A stretch of DNA of 64,000 bases from an uncultured Eubacteriales bacterium (lineage in GTDB: Bacteria > Bacillota > Clostridia > Oscillospirales > Oscillospiraceae). The position numbers were made by a program, and so were the translations under genes. Under the pieces are notes generated by a model. The model saw only the letters and a list, made by a program, of their open reading frames with translations. It ran no database searches and had not been told where the DNA came from. Shown here piece by piece: positions 48,291 through 59,064 of the stretch (position 1 is its first letter; each line of letters starts with the position of its first letter). The stretch covers positions 55,884 to 119,883 of the forward strand of contig UROF01000004.1 of the NCBI GenBank assembly GCA_900549475.1, given 5' to 3'.

Positions 48291-49453
48291 TAACGCTCAC
48301 CTCCCTTGTCGGTCATATTCTTGTCATAGTAGCGGTAGCAGCTCACCTTGTGGGTGGGGCTGAGACTGATCTCATGGGGATATTCCCCTTCGCAGCCCGC
48401 CACGCACATCTCGCAGCGGTCTTTGAAATAGCAGTAGTTAGGCATATTGATGGGGTTAGGCACCTTGCCGGGGATAGAGTAGAGCTTATCCACCTGCTTG
48501 CCCACCACAGGCTTGGAGGCCATCAAGCCAATGGTGTAGGGGTGAGAGGGGTTGTGGAAGATCTCCTCCACGGTACCCTTCTCCACCACGCGGCCAGCGT
48601 ACATGACCACCACGTAGTCAGCCATCTCCGCAATAACGCCCAGGTCGTGGGTGATGAACATAATGGAGGAGTTGATCTTATCCTTCAGGCTCCGCAGCAG
48701 ATCCAGCACCTGGGCCTGGATGGTCACATCCAGAGCGGTGGTAGGTTCGTCAGCAATGATCAGGCGGGGACTGCAGGCCAGAGCCATAGCGATCATGACA
48801 CGCTGGCGCATACCACCGGAGAGCTCATGGGGATACATTCTGTAGACGCCCTCACTGTTCGCGATGCCCACCATCTCCAAAAGCTCAATGGTGCGCTCCT
48901 TGATCTGCTCCTTGGTCTTTCCCTCGCCGTGGTGGAGCTCAATCACCTCGTCCACCTGGTCACCGATGCGGAACACCGGGTTCAGGCTGGTCATAGGCTC
49001 CTGGAAAATCATGGACATAAAATTGCCCCGGAGATGCTGCATCTTCTCGTTGGGCATCTTGGTGACGTCGTAGGCCTTATCGCCCAGATTCAGACGAATC
49101 GCGCCCTCCACCACCTGACCCTGAGGCCGCTGGAGCAGCTGCATCAGAGAGAGGCTGGTGACGGACTTTCCACATCCGGACTCGCCCACCACGCCCACGG
49201 TCTTGCCAATAGGTACGTCGAAGGACACACCGTCCACCGCCTTTACCGTACCGGCATCGGTGAAAAAGTAGGTGTGGAGATTATCAAACTCCACCGCGTT
49301 GTTGGGGTCCCGCATCTCGGTAAGATACTCGGACTCCGGAACATTCTTACGCTTGCGCTGTTTTTCAAATTCATTGGTGATCTTGCGGTTCTCCTTAGAG
49401 ATCCGCCGCGCCTCCCGGCCAGAGAGGTAGCCTTCCGCTTTTTTCTTTGCCAT
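48290..49453 (-). CDS. oligopeptide ABC transporter ATP-binding protein (OppD-like)
   Basis: Walker A GESGCGKSV, LSGGMRQRVMIAMAL. Confidence 0.85.
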   Translation of the reverse strand: MAKKKAEGYLSGREARRISKENRKITNEFEKQRKRKNVPESEYLTEMRDPNNAVEFDNLHTYFFTDAGTVKAVDGVSFDVPIGKTVGVVGESGCGKSVTSLSLMQLLQRPQGQVVEGAIRLNLGDKAYDVTKMPNEKMQHLRGNFMSMIFQEPMTSLNPVFRIGDQVDEVIELHHGEGKTKEQIKERTIELLEMVGIANSEGVYRMYPHELSGGMRQRVMIAMALACSPRLIIADEPTTALDVTIQAQVLDLLRSLKDKINSSIMFITHDLGVIAEMADYVVVMYAGRVVEKGTVEEIFHNPSHPYTIGLMASKPVVGKQVDKLYSIPGKVPNPINMPNYCYFKDRCEMCVAGCEGEYPHEISLSPTHKVSCYRYYDKNMTDKGGER

Positions 49454-49469
49454 ATGTCTCTCTCCTCCC

Positions 49470-51023
49470 TTAGCGCTTCATCTTCGGGTCAAAGGCATCC
49501 CGGAGACCGTCGCCCACGAAGTTGAATCCCAGGACCGCCACCAACAGGCAGATACCGGCGGGGATCCACACATACCAGTAGGTCGTCATAACATAGGAGT
49601 TGTTTACATCGCTGATGATATTACCCCAGGAAGCGAAGGGGAACTTAACGCCCAGGCCCAGGAAGGACAAGGTCGCCTCTGTAATAATGGTAGAACCAAG
49701 TCCCATGGTGCACAGCACGATCATCTGAGGGATCACGTTGGGGATCAGGTGGCGGAAAATACGGCGGGATACACTGATGCCGCAGGCCTCTGTGGCAGTC
49801 ATAAACTCCTGCTCACGGAGAGACAGGATCTGACCGCGGATCATACGGGCAAAGCCAGGCCATCCCAGGAAGCCAAGTATCAGCATCAGATACATCATTC
49901 GAATCTGTGGGTCTACCTGCATGCCGTCCATAGCGGAACCGATGATAATGATGATGGGCATGGAGGGGATGCAGTAGAACACATCTACGATACGCATAAT
50001 GAGGTTATCCACCCACTTGCCAAAGTAACCAGCAATACCGCCCAGGACAATACCGATAGCTGTCTCAATAAACACGACCACAAAGCCGATCACCAGGGAC
50101 ACACGGCCGCCGTACATCAGACGGGTGAGCATGTCCATACCGTTGGTGTCACAGCCCAAGGGATGTGCCAGGGAGGGTCTTGCGTAGGAGTCATAGACAT
50201 AGGTCAGGGTCTCCTGCTTGACGGACCATACTTTGGCAGCAGCATCATAGACGATCTCATAGGTGTGCTCCTCACCGTCCTCGCCGGTATAGACGAACTC
50301 GGACACGTCATCATTGATGGCAGCTTCCAGTTCCTCCTTGAAATCCCGGGTGATGGTGGTGCCGCTGACCTTGGACTGAACCACGAAGCGGCTGATATAA
50401 CCCACGATCTCGCCGCCCAGCAGGATGTTTCCATCCTCATCCAGCTCATAGCTCTGGCCGTCGGCAGTAAAGCTGCTCTCGCCGTTGCTGTACGCCTTCA
50501 GCGCCGCATACTTCACCGCAAAGGTGGGTTCCGCACCGTTATCGGCGGGGTTGACAATATCCTTGTAGGCAATAGCCAGCAGGGTACCGCCAGAGGAGAT
50601 GGAGTAGAAGTCCTCCCCTTCCTCTGTAAGGGTGTAGGAGACATCTTTATAGTCGAATTCCGTTTTGCCGGTCATCTGGGCCAGCAGGAACTGAGCCTGA
50701 GCGGCAGTACCGAACTCCTGGCCATCCGCCACAGCGTAACGGAAATCTCCATTCTGCGTCACAGCCACATATTCCTTGGCCATATAGGTATAGGTATAGA
50801 ACTGCTCATCCTGTCCATAGGGGGAGATCAGTCCGCCCACAAAGGAGAAGATAAACATGACAGCCAGCATGATCAATCCCAAAACTGCCAGCCGGTTGCG
50901 GAAAAACCGCTTGGCTACCAGTGCACCGGGAGAAAGAACCTTAACACGGCGGTCATCGTTCAGAGAGAGGTGCTCCTGAGAGCCGCCCTCCTGCTGAGGA
51001 TTCATCTTTTTTTCTTCAGACAT
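49470..51023 (-). CDS. ABC permease (OppC-like) with a roughly 230-aa N-terminal extracytoplasmic extension
   Basis: 517 aa. One TM helix, then a long soluble segment, then the BPD_transp_1 core. Confidence 0.8.
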   Translation of the reverse strand: MSEEKKMNPQQEGGSQEHLSLNDDRRVKVLSPGALVAKRFFRNRLAVLGLIMLAVMFIFSFVGGLISPYGQDEQFYTYTYMAKEYVAVTQNGDFRYAVADGQEFGTAAQAQFLLAQMTGKTEFDYKDVSYTLTEEGEDFYSISSGGTLLAIAYKDIVNPADNGAEPTFAVKYAALKAYSNGESSFTADGQSYELDEDGNILLGGEIVGYISRFVVQSKVSGTTITRDFKEELEAAINDDVSEFVYTGEDGEEHTYEIVYDAAAKVWSVKQETLTYVYDSYARPSLAHPLGCDTNGMDMLTRLMYGGRVSLVIGFVVVFIETAIGIVLGGIAGYFGKWVDNLIMRIVDVFYCIPSMPIIIIIGSAMDGMQVDPQIRMMYLMLILGFLGWPGFARMIRGQILSLREQEFMTATEACGISVSRRIFRHLIPNVIPQMIVLCTMGLGSTIITEATLSFLGLGVKFPFASWGNIISDVNNSYVMTTYWYVWIPAGICLLVAVLGFNFVGDGLRDAFDPKMKR

Positions 51024-51037
51024 GAAAGCACCTCCTC

Positions 51038-52024
51038 TTACGCGATACGTACGCGGGGATCAACCACCGCATACAGAATATCCGAGATCAAATTGCCCAG
51101 CAGCGTCAGGATTGCCAGGAAGGACAGATAAAACATGGAGAAGGGGATATCGCCTGCGGTCATGGCCTGGTAAGACGTCCAGCCGATACCGGGGATGGCG
51201 AACAGGGTCTCTGTAATCAGGGCACCGGAAAAGAGTCCCGGCAGAGAACCGCCCACGATGGTCACCAGAGGGATCAGGGTGTTGCGGAAAGCGTGATGAT
51301 AAATGACCTTCTTCTCACTCAGGCCCTTGGCCCGGGCAGTGCGGATATAGTCAGCGTTGAGGACTTCCAGCATATTGGTGCGGGTATAACGCATGAGGGA
51401 ACCCACGGAGACGATGGTCAGCGTGACAATGGGCAGAACCAGGTGGTGCGCCATGTCCAGTACCTTCCCCATCGCATCCAGCTGGGCATAGTTGCGGCCC
51501 ATGAGGCCGGAAACGTCAAACCACTTCAGCTGCACCGCAAAGATCAGCTTCAGAATGGTAGCGAAAAAGAAGGTAGGCAGAGAAATACCCACCAGAGCGC
51601 TGGCCGTGATGGCATAGTCCGCCTTGGAGTACTGCTTGGTAGCAGCCACGATACCCAGAGGGATCGCAATGATCAGCTGCAGGATCAGGGAGATGCCGCC
51701 CATGATCACAGAGATCCAGATGACCTCGCTGAACTTCTCAAGCACCGGCACCGTGAAGCGCCAGCTGTCGCCGAAATTGCCGGTGAGCATATTCTTCATC
51801 TGCACCAGATAGCCAGGGATGATACCCATATCCAGGGCGTACTGGGCGTTGAGCTGAGCCACCCACTCCTCATAGGGCTTTGAACCCGGGGCCGTGGACA
51901 GCTTCATGGCCATGGTCTCCACGTAGGAGGCCGGCAGGCACCGCAGCAGCGCGTAGATGATAAACGTCACGCAAAACAGGATCAGCACGGAAAGCAAAAG
52001 ACGCTTGATGATAAAATTTCGCAA
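51038..52024 (-). CDS. ABC permease (OppB-like)
   Basis: 328 aa, 6 TM helices, BPD_transp_1. Confidence 0.85.
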   Translation of the reverse strand: MRNFIIKRLLLSVLILFCVTFIIYALLRCLPASYVETMAMKLSTAPGSKPYEEWVAQLNAQYALDMGIIPGYLVQMKNMLTGNFGDSWRFTVPVLEKFSEVIWISVIMGGISLILQLIIAIPLGIVAATKQYSKADYAITASALVGISLPTFFFATILKLIFAVQLKWFDVSGLMGRNYAQLDAMGKVLDMAHHLVLPIVTLTIVSVGSLMRYTRTNMLEVLNADYIRTARAKGLSEKKVIYHHAFRNTLIPLVTIVGGSLPGLFSGALITETLFAIPGIGWTSYQAMTAGDIPFSMFYLSFLAILTLLGNLISDILYAVVDPRVRIA

Positions 52025-52149
52025 AACGATCCCTCCAGTTTTCTAGTTTCTCAAGAGTAAACGTACGGGCATGGAAACACCCGCTGTGCATCAAGCAGCC
52101 GCCCCTCCCCCCTGGCGGGAAGCTCCTTGACACCCATCGAAAAAGGAAC

Positions 52150-52190
52150 GGGGTTCCCCTGCCCCCTCCAGGAGGGCAGGGGAACCGATT
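52150..52190 (-). promoter_or_regulatory. intercistronic near-perfect palindrome/hairpin between the SBP and permease genes
   Basis: GGTTCCCCTGCCCCCTCC-A-GGAGGGCAGGGGAACC. On the transcribed minus strand a short T5 tract follows. Confidence 0.5.
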
Positions 52191-52236
52191 TTACTCTGTT
52201 TTCATGCCGCACAGCATCCTTTTCAGGACACAAGCA

Positions 52237-54522
52237 TTACTTCAGGGCCAGCTTCTCGATCTCGTTGAGAGCGTTCCAGTAAGGCGTCATGTCGGTGGGC
52301 AGCGTGGAGATATCCACGTGCTCAGTGGAGAACAGGTAGCACTCGGAACGCTGATAGATGGGGATCTCAACGCCCCAGTCCATGATGATCTCCATGGCAG
52401 CCTTGTACAGGCCCTTGCGGTAGGTCTGATCGGTGGACATACGGCCAGCCTCGATCAGCTCATCCAGCTCGGGATCAGAGATCTGATAGTAGTTGGTGGA
52501 ACCCTCGGAGTGATAGAGCTGGAACATATCGGGGTCAGTAGCAGCACCCCAGGCAGCGCACCACATCTCGGAAGCGCCGGTCTGGTAAGCAGCGTACAGG
52601 TCGTTGGCGTTAGCAAAGTCGTTGACGTACAGCTCCATGCCGATCTCAGCGAAGGCAGCAGCGGCGTTCTTCAGGATCAGGAAGGTGGGGTGGTCACCAT
52701 TGCCGTTACCGCCGATATCGACCTGGTACTTCAGCTTGGCACCCTCGGGAGCAGCGGTCACCTTGCCGTTCTCCACAGTGTAGCCGGCAGCTTCCAGATA
52801 ACCCAGAGCGGCCTCCTTGGCAGCGGCATACTTCTCATCGGTGCTCATGCCCTCGGTGTAGATGGGCTCGCCGTTGACATCAACGGAATAGGCAACCTGA
52901 TAGCCGTCGTCAGTGACCTGAGGAGCAGCCCAGGAGGTGTTGGAGATGGGGTAGTTGATGACGGAAGCGGTCTCGCCGTAGTAGGAGTCAATGCCCTCGT
53001 CACGATAGACGGAGATGATGGTGCCCAGGGCCTTACGCAGGTTCCGGGAAGCCTCGGAAGCAGGATCATCGCCCACCTTCACGTTGTTGGGGTTGATACC
53101 CACATAGCCGTAGCCCAGGAAGTCATACATACGGGTGGTGATCACAGGACCATCCAGAGAATCGTCGCCGCCGTTGATGTCAGTGACCTGGTTGGCCACA
53201 TCGGTGCTGTAGCTGGGCTCGGCGATATCCAGAGTACCGGCCTGGAGACCGGTGATCATGTTGGCCTCAGAGGTCTCCATGTAGTTGAAGTACTTGATCT
53301 TGGGGGCGCCCAGGTAGTAGCCGTCATAGGACTCGTAGTACACAACGCCGTTGGTGTACTCCTTGAACTGGTAGGGGCCGGCGCCCATGGGGGTGCTGGT
53401 CTTCTCCTTCACGATGGACAGATCGCCCTTGGGGAAGCCGAAGGAGTTGTTCTCATAGTCGTACAGGGACTCATCGCCGTAGTAGTGCATGGGGGCGATG
53501 GGCAGCTGCAGCTTATAGATCATGGTAGCGTCGACCTTAGTGGTGGTGATCCGCATGGAGTAGTCGCCGGTACGCTCGATACCGGAGATGTTGGGAGCGG
53601 AATCGCCAGTGGTGATACCGACGGTGTAAGCGGGATCCAGATAGCTCCACAGAGAGCCGCTGGCAATCTCAGTGCTGGAAGCGAGGTCATAGTCACCCTC
53701 GTATTTGGCCACCATGGCGTTGAAGAAGTCGGTCAGAGTAGCGTCCTCAGCCAGCTCATAGCCCCAGTTGGCAGCTTTGGCGGCAACGGAGTCGTCCTCG
53801 GCGTTGTAGCCGGCGTTCACCACGTAGTCACAGATGGACTGGGCAAAAGCCTCGCCGGCGGCGGGCAGACCCTCGGTCCAGAAAGCGGTCTGAGTGGCCT
53901 CATCCCAGTTGGTGAAGTCGGTGTTGTCCTGACCGGCGGCCATCAGCAGCTTGTAGAGGGGCTCCATACCGGAACGGTACTCCTTCAGGCCCTTGATAGG
54001 CAGGGAGTACATGGTGGCGTTACCGTCATAAGTAGGATCCAGGTAGACATACAGGCCGAAGATCACGTCGTCGATGTTGGCGGTCTCACCGTCGGAGAAG
54101 ACGATGTCGTCCCGCATGGTCACATCGTAAGTAACGGTGCCATCCTCATTCTTGGTGACAACGATGTCGGCAGGTCCATAATAGGTATAGTCGGTGCCGT
54201 TGTAGGAACGAGTCTCACCCTCGATGCCGTTGAGAACGGGGTTGCCCACACGGTCGATGGTCAGCAGAGACACCTGGGTCAGGCTGACGATCTTGTTATC
54301 GGCGTTGCTCAGGTAGAAGTAGGGGGAGAACTTACCCTCCAGGCCCTGCTCAACAGAAACCACCAGCGGGGTGGTATTGGTATCCTCCGCAGTATCGTCA
54401 GTGGTGTCGTTGGCGCTGTTATTGGCCGTATTGTTCCCGCCGCAGCCGGCCAGAACGCCAATGCACATCACCAGTGCCAGAAACAGTGCAAGTGCTTTTT
54501 TGCTTCTTTTCATGGTTTGCAT
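52237..54522 (-). CDS. large (761 aa) ABC substrate-binding lipoprotein, SBP family 5
   Basis: Lipobox LAGCGG with an N/T/D-rich linker. SBP_bac_5-like core with extra insertions. Confidence 0.8.
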   Translation of the reverse strand: MQTMKRSKKALALFLALVMCIGVLAGCGGNNTANNSANDTTDDTAEDTNTTPLVVSVEQGLEGKFSPYFYLSNADNKIVSLTQVSLLTIDRVGNPVLNGIEGETRSYNGTDYTYYGPADIVVTKNEDGTVTYDVTMRDDIVFSDGETANIDDVIFGLYVYLDPTYDGNATMYSLPIKGLKEYRSGMEPLYKLLMAAGQDNTDFTNWDEATQTAFWTEGLPAAGEAFAQSICDYVVNAGYNAEDDSVAAKAANWGYELAEDATLTDFFNAMVAKYEGDYDLASSTEIASGSLWSYLDPAYTVGITTGDSAPNISGIERTGDYSMRITTTKVDATMIYKLQLPIAPMHYYGDESLYDYENNSFGFPKGDLSIVKEKTSTPMGAGPYQFKEYTNGVVYYESYDGYYLGAPKIKYFNYMETSEANMITGLQAGTLDIAEPSYSTDVANQVTDINGGDDSLDGPVITTRMYDFLGYGYVGINPNNVKVGDDPASEASRNLRKALGTIISVYRDEGIDSYYGETASVINYPISNTSWAAPQVTDDGYQVAYSVDVNGEPIYTEGMSTDEKYAAAKEAALGYLEAAGYTVENGKVTAAPEGAKLKYQVDIGGNGNGDHPTFLILKNAAAAFAEIGMELYVNDFANANDLYAAYQTGASEMWCAAWGAATDPDMFQLYHSEGSTNYYQISDPELDELIEAGRMSTDQTYRKGLYKAAMEIIMDWGVEIPIYQRSECYLFSTEHVDISTLPTDMTPYWNALNEIEKLALK

Positions 54523-54649
54523 TCCTCCTTAAAGATTTTGAACTATATCAATGGGTATTGCCCATAGTCCAACAGAAATATTCCTTCTTGCCATGGCAAG
54601 AAGGGCAAAAAGGGACCCCTTTTTGCCGCGTGATTCAGAATAACCTTAT

Positions 54650-55249
54650 TCAGTTGTTCCCGGCCCAGCCGGCGCCGTCGAAGCGCTCCCAGGACATCTC
54701 CCGGCCCAAAGGCCTCCACAAGAGAGCACAGACAAGCATAGCTGCCTGAGAAACGAGAAAAACGATCATTCCAACAAGCAGGCCCTGGACCCCATTGAGG
54801 ATCACATAGATCAGTTCGCCCAGGATCGCTCCGCCGCCGCCGACAGCCGTAAGGATCGTACGCAGCGGAAAGTGAGGCACCGTGGCCTCATACACATAGG
54901 CCCGCAGCGGGTCTCCGCCCTTTGCCATACGGGCATATCCCCAGAGCACAGAAAAAGCCGCCAGGATCCCCACCGCATAGGGGATGAGCACATAGGCACA
55001 GTTCACTGTACCCGGAGCCCGGATACATCCGCCTACAATCGCACAGGCAACCATCCCCACCGCCAGGATCCCCCAGCGGAGCAGCCCCCGTTTGCGGGTG
55101 CTCTGTTCGCCCTGAAAGGCATAGGTCGCACCAATGTAAATATATTCACCATCCACCGTCCGGCGGAAGTCATCCAAATAGGCACGGCGGCCTTTTCGTT
55201 CCTTCTTTTCCATCTGATAAATTCTCCGGCAAACGCATGCGTTTGTCAT
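54650..55249 (-). CDS. hypothetical integral membrane protein
   Basis: 199 aa, 4-5 TM helices, no recognisable family. Confidence 0.5.
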   Translation of the reverse strand: MTNACVCRRIYQMEKKERKGRRAYLDDFRRTVDGEYIYIGATYAFQGEQSTRKRGLLRWGILAVGMVACAIVGGCIRAPGTVNCAYVLIPYAVGILAAFSVLWGYARMAKGGDPLRAYVYEATVPHFPLRTILTAVGGGGAILGELIYVILNGVQGLLVGMIVFLVSQAAMLVCALLWRPLGREMSWERFDGAGWAGNN

Positions 55250-55711
55250 AAAAAATTTTTCTATGTGAAAATCCTGTCAAAGTCAAATATGCAAGATTTG
55301 CACTACAGCGTCTTCATTATTATATTCTATCACCAGGCAATTTTCAAGTAAAACAGGCCTCACACAAATGTAAAATTCTATTTTTTTAATAACTGACAAA
55401 GTATGCCGTGGATACAACCCAAAAAATTGTTTTTTTAGGCAAAACTTTTTGGATATTTGGTAATAATGACCAAACATCCCCGGAGCAAATGACACAATAT
55501 AGCCAAATCCCTCCTGTCGAAAAAACGAGAGATCCCCTCCCCATCTCCCCCCTCTTCAGAAGGTGATATCCAGTGGTATCCAGGAACCCCATTTTGCTCC
55601 GCCTACTCCGCCCCGGTTTCATTTTTCAGAAAATGGTACAAAATCGTTAAAATGTGAAAATGAAACTCCTTGGCGCATATACTGCATAATCTTCAAAAAA
55701 TTTTTTTATTT

Positions 55712-55755
55712 AAAAACGCCATGGAGCCGGACATGCCGACTCCATGGCGTAAAAA
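55712..55755 (-). terminator. rho-independent terminator after pepF
   Basis: Minus strand: GCCATGGAGTCGGCATGTCCGGCTCCATGGC then GTTTTTAAATAAAAAAATTTTTT. Confidence 0.65.
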
Positions 55756-55767
55756 TCGGGATAAAGC

Positions 55768-57456
55768 TTACAGGGGGTTGGCGACGATCCAATTGGAGAT
55801 GGCCTCACCGATCTCCCGAATGCAGCCGGGTGCGTAGGGAACCTTCAGGCCTGCTTCCTCTACCAAGCCCTCAAAAGTCCTGGTACCGCCGGCATCAGCA
55901 AAGCACAGATACCGTGCCCACGCATCGGCCCGATCCTTCATGGAGGCGATCCAGAACTGGAAGGCCACCGTCTGAGCCATGCAGTAGTCGATATAGTAGA
56001 GGGGATAGAGATAGATGTGGAGCTGCCGCTGCCAACCGGCACCCCGGCTGTAGAAGGGCAGGTCCTCAAAGTCGATCCAGGGACGGTACTTCTTCTCCAG
56101 ATCCAGCCACAGCTGGTTGCGCTGGGCAGGCGTCAGTTCCGGATTTTCGTACATCCGGTGCTGGAACTCATCCACCATGCAGCCGTAAGGGATAAAGATA
56201 AGGGCATCCTCACAGTGACCAAGCTCATATTTCTGGGTCAGGGGCCCAAAGAACTTCTCATGCCAGGGGGCGGTGAGGAACTCCATGGACATGGAGTGGA
56301 CCTCGCAGGCCTCGATGGTGGGGCTGGTCATGTTGCCCAGGTATCCCTTGCGCATGGCACGGAAACCGGCAAAGGCGTGGCCCGCCTCGTGGGTCAGCAC
56401 ATCCACGTCGCCGCTGGTACCGTTGAAGTTGGAGAAAATGAAGGGTGCCTTATAGCTGCGGAATTCCGTGCAGTACCCGCCAGGGGCCTTGCCCTCCTTG
56501 CTGAGAACGTCCAGCAGCTCATTGCCCCACAGGAAATCAGCAAACTCCGCCGTCTCCGGGCTCAGCTCGTGGTACATCTGCTTGCCGGCCGCCAGGATCT
56601 CGTCGGCGGTGCCCTGGGGATCGGCGTTGCCGTCGGGGAACAGCAGCACATCGTCCCAGAACTTCAGCTTCTCCACCCCCAGGCGCTTCTCCTGGTCCTT
56701 CTTCACCTTGGCCACGATGGGCACCATATCCTGGGCAATCTGATCCCGGAAGGCCGCCACCTGGGCAGGCCCGTAGCAGTTGCGGCCCAGGCGGTCATAG
56801 CCCAGCTTCAGGTAGTTGTCATAGCCCATGTTCTTCGCCTGGGCGGTACGGTTCTTCACCAGCTTGTCGTAGAGCTCGTCCAGCTCAGCCTGATGGCTGT
56901 CAAACCACTTGCCCTCCGCCTCATAGGCCGCCTTGCGGACAGCACGATCCGGGCTCTGCTTATAGGGGCCCAGCTTGGGGAGAGGCAGCTTCTCTCCGTT
57001 CCACTCCACCAGAGCGGAGGCGTAGAGCTTCTGATACTCGCTTTGGAGCTTGTTCTCCTCCTGCATCAGCGCCATGTTCTTGGGGTCAAAGGTGCGCACA
57101 GCGATCTCCAGATTGGTGAACAGCAGCTTTCCAAAGCGATCCTCCAGCTCAGCGCGGAAGGGGGATGCCAGAAGGGCCTTCGTCACCTTCTGCTCCGCCT
57201 CCTGAACCGCCGGGGCGATCTCATCGGCGTAGTCGTTCTCCTTATCATAGAACGCATCCCGGGTATCGATGGTGTGGCGGACATAAGCGAGGCTGGTAGC
57301 CGTACTCATCTCCGCCTGGACCTGGTCAAAGGCCAAAACAGCATCGATCTGCTCCTGGGCAGAAGCCGCCCCGGCGATCTTTTGGGCGATCTCCTCTGCC
57401 TTGGCCTGAAAAGCGGCCAGATCAGGGCGCACATAAGGCATCTCACTGAATTTCAT
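55768..57456 (-). CDS. pepF: oligoendopeptidase F (M3B family)
   Basis: HEXXH zinc motif (LTHEAGHAF) in the M3 context. 562 aa. Confidence 0.85.
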   Translation of the reverse strand: MKFSEMPYVRPDLAAFQAKAEEIAQKIAGAASAQEQIDAVLAFDQVQAEMSTATSLAYVRHTIDTRDAFYDKENDYADEIAPAVQEAEQKVTKALLASPFRAELEDRFGKLLFTNLEIAVRTFDPKNMALMQEENKLQSEYQKLYASALVEWNGEKLPLPKLGPYKQSPDRAVRKAAYEAEGKWFDSHQAELDELYDKLVKNRTAQAKNMGYDNYLKLGYDRLGRNCYGPAQVAAFRDQIAQDMVPIVAKVKKDQEKRLGVEKLKFWDDVLLFPDGNADPQGTADEILAAGKQMYHELSPETAEFADFLWGNELLDVLSKEGKAPGGYCTEFRSYKAPFIFSNFNGTSGDVDVLTHEAGHAFAGFRAMRKGYLGNMTSPTIEACEVHSMSMEFLTAPWHEKFFGPLTQKYELGHCEDALIFIPYGCMVDEFQHRMYENPELTPAQRNQLWLDLEKKYRPWIDFEDLPFYSRGAGWQRQLHIYLYPLYYIDYCMAQTVAFQFWIASMKDRADAWARYLCFADAGGTRTFEGLVEEAGLKVPYAPGCIREIGEAISNWIVANPL

Positions 57457-57583
57457 ACCGTAACTCCTTTATGCAAAGCTTTCAGGGATTCACAGGGCTA
57501 TAGGGTGCCCTGTCCTCCCCTTCTTATAGCCCGCGCCCGGCCCAAAAGGGTCGGGCGCGGCAAACACAATGGGATTTTTATAA

Positions 57584-59020
57584 TCACAGAGCAGCCAGCA
57601 CGCCCAGCAGGAAACGCCAGGTGCGCTCCACGGAAGCAATGCTCATACGCTCCCGGGTGCTGTGGATCTCTACCAGGTCAGGACCAAAGGACACAGCGTC
57701 CAGACCGGGGACCTTGTCCGTCAGGATGCCGCACTCCAGGCCGGCGTGGACCGTCTCCACCACCGGGTCCTCCCCGTACTGCTCCTTGAACACCCGGACC
57801 ATGATATCCCGCAGCTGGGACTCCTTGCGGTACTCCCAGGGGGGATAGCTGCTCTCCACAGCAAAGGCGGCGCCGAACTCCGTAGCAACGCCCTGTACCT
57901 TCTGCTCCAGCTGGGCCAGCTCAGCAGCCACAGAGCTGCGCAGCAGGAACGCCATACGGAACTTGCCCTCCTCCAGGCGCAGAATGCCCAGATTCAGAGA
58001 GGTCTGCACCTGGCCGGGAAGATCCGGGTTCATGGCCTGGATGCCGTTGGGAACAGCCAGAATCAGGTCCACAGCCTTGCGGCTGTCCTCTGCGGAGAGG
58101 GCAACAGCGGCGCCAGCCTTGTCGGACCAGGTGAAGGTGAAGTTGGGGTCATTGGGACAAGCGGCCTTGGCCTCGGCGGCCCAAGCCTCAGCAGCGGCCT
58201 TCACCGCTGCCGCCTGATCGGCAGGTACTACGAACTCTGCCTTAGCGGCATTGGGAATAGCATTGTCCTGAAGGCCACCGAAAAGAGACACCAGACGGGG
58301 ATAACCGATCTTGGCTAACCCCTCCGCCAACAGCTTGTCGGCATTGGCAAAGCCCATATGGATAGCAGTGCCGGAGTGGCCGCCGCTGAGATTCTCCAGG
58401 CTGATGGCGCACACCACGCCCTCCATCTTCTCGCCGGCCATAGCAGCATCAATGTGGCAGGCAGTGCCGCCGGCGCAGCCCACAGTCAGCACCTTCTCCA
58501 CCTCGGAGTCAATGTTCAGAAGGTACCGGCTCTTGAGATCAGAGCCGTCCAGGCCGATAGCACCGGGCATACCTACCTCCTCATCCACGGTGAATACCGC
58601 CTCAATGGGGGGATGGGGGATCGCGTCGTCATCCAGCACTGCCATAGCCATAGCCACAGCAATACCGTCGTCGCTGCCCAGGGAGGTGCCCCGGGCCTTG
58701 ACCCAGTCACCGTCAATGTAGAGATCCAGAGGCTCCTTCTCAAAGTCGTGCTCCACGCCGTTGTCCTTTACACACACCATGTCCAGATGGCCCTGGAGCA
58801 TAGCGGTGGGATGATCCTCGTAGCCGGGAGAAGCGGCCTTCCAGATCACCACATTGCCCATGGCATCCTGCCGGTAAGCAAGGCCCCGCTCCTTGGCAAA
58901 ATTTGCCGCCCAGTCACTGGCAGCCTTGGTGTTTCCAGAGCCGTGGGGAATGCGGCACAGCTCCTCAAAAAAGCGGTACACACTCTTGGGCTCCAGATCC
59001 TTCAGTACGCGGTTATCCAT
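57584..59020 (-). CDS. pepD: aminoacyl-histidine (Xaa-His) dipeptidase, M20 family
   Basis: N-terminus FFEELCRIPHGSGNTKAASDW...LQGHLDMV matches PepD. 478 aa. Confidence 0.8.
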   Translation of the reverse strand: MDNRVLKDLEPKSVYRFFEELCRIPHGSGNTKAASDWAANFAKERGLAYRQDAMGNVVIWKAASPGYEDHPTAMLQGHLDMVCVKDNGVEHDFEKEPLDLYIDGDWVKARGTSLGSDDGIAVAMAMAVLDDDAIPHPPIEAVFTVDEEVGMPGAIGLDGSDLKSRYLLNIDSEVEKVLTVGCAGGTACHIDAAMAGEKMEGVVCAISLENLSGGHSGTAIHMGFANADKLLAEGLAKIGYPRLVSLFGGLQDNAIPNAAKAEFVVPADQAAAVKAAAEAWAAEAKAACPNDPNFTFTWSDKAGAAVALSAEDSRKAVDLILAVPNGIQAMNPDLPGQVQTSLNLGILRLEEGKFRMAFLLRSSVAAELAQLEQKVQGVATEFGAAFAVESSYPPWEYRKESQLRDIMVRVFKEQYGEDPVVETVHAGLECGILTDKVPGLDAVSFGPDLVEIHSTRERMSIASVERTWRFLLGVLAAL

Positions 59021-59064
59021 AGCAAAACACTCCTTTTCTATATATTTTTACTTTTAACTGCCTG

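Noticed and set aside
52204-54567. 787-aa ORF on the + strand
   Set aside because: Fully antisense to the well-supported 761-aa binding-protein gene. The translation is G/V/D-rich and repetitive (GVGVVDDG...), typical of a high-GC antisense artefact.
56017-57789. 590-aa + strand ORF, plus other long + strand ORFs between 58358 and 61336
   Set aside because: Antisense to pepF, pepD, asnA and DUF2812, all of which carry diagnostic motifs. Biased composition.
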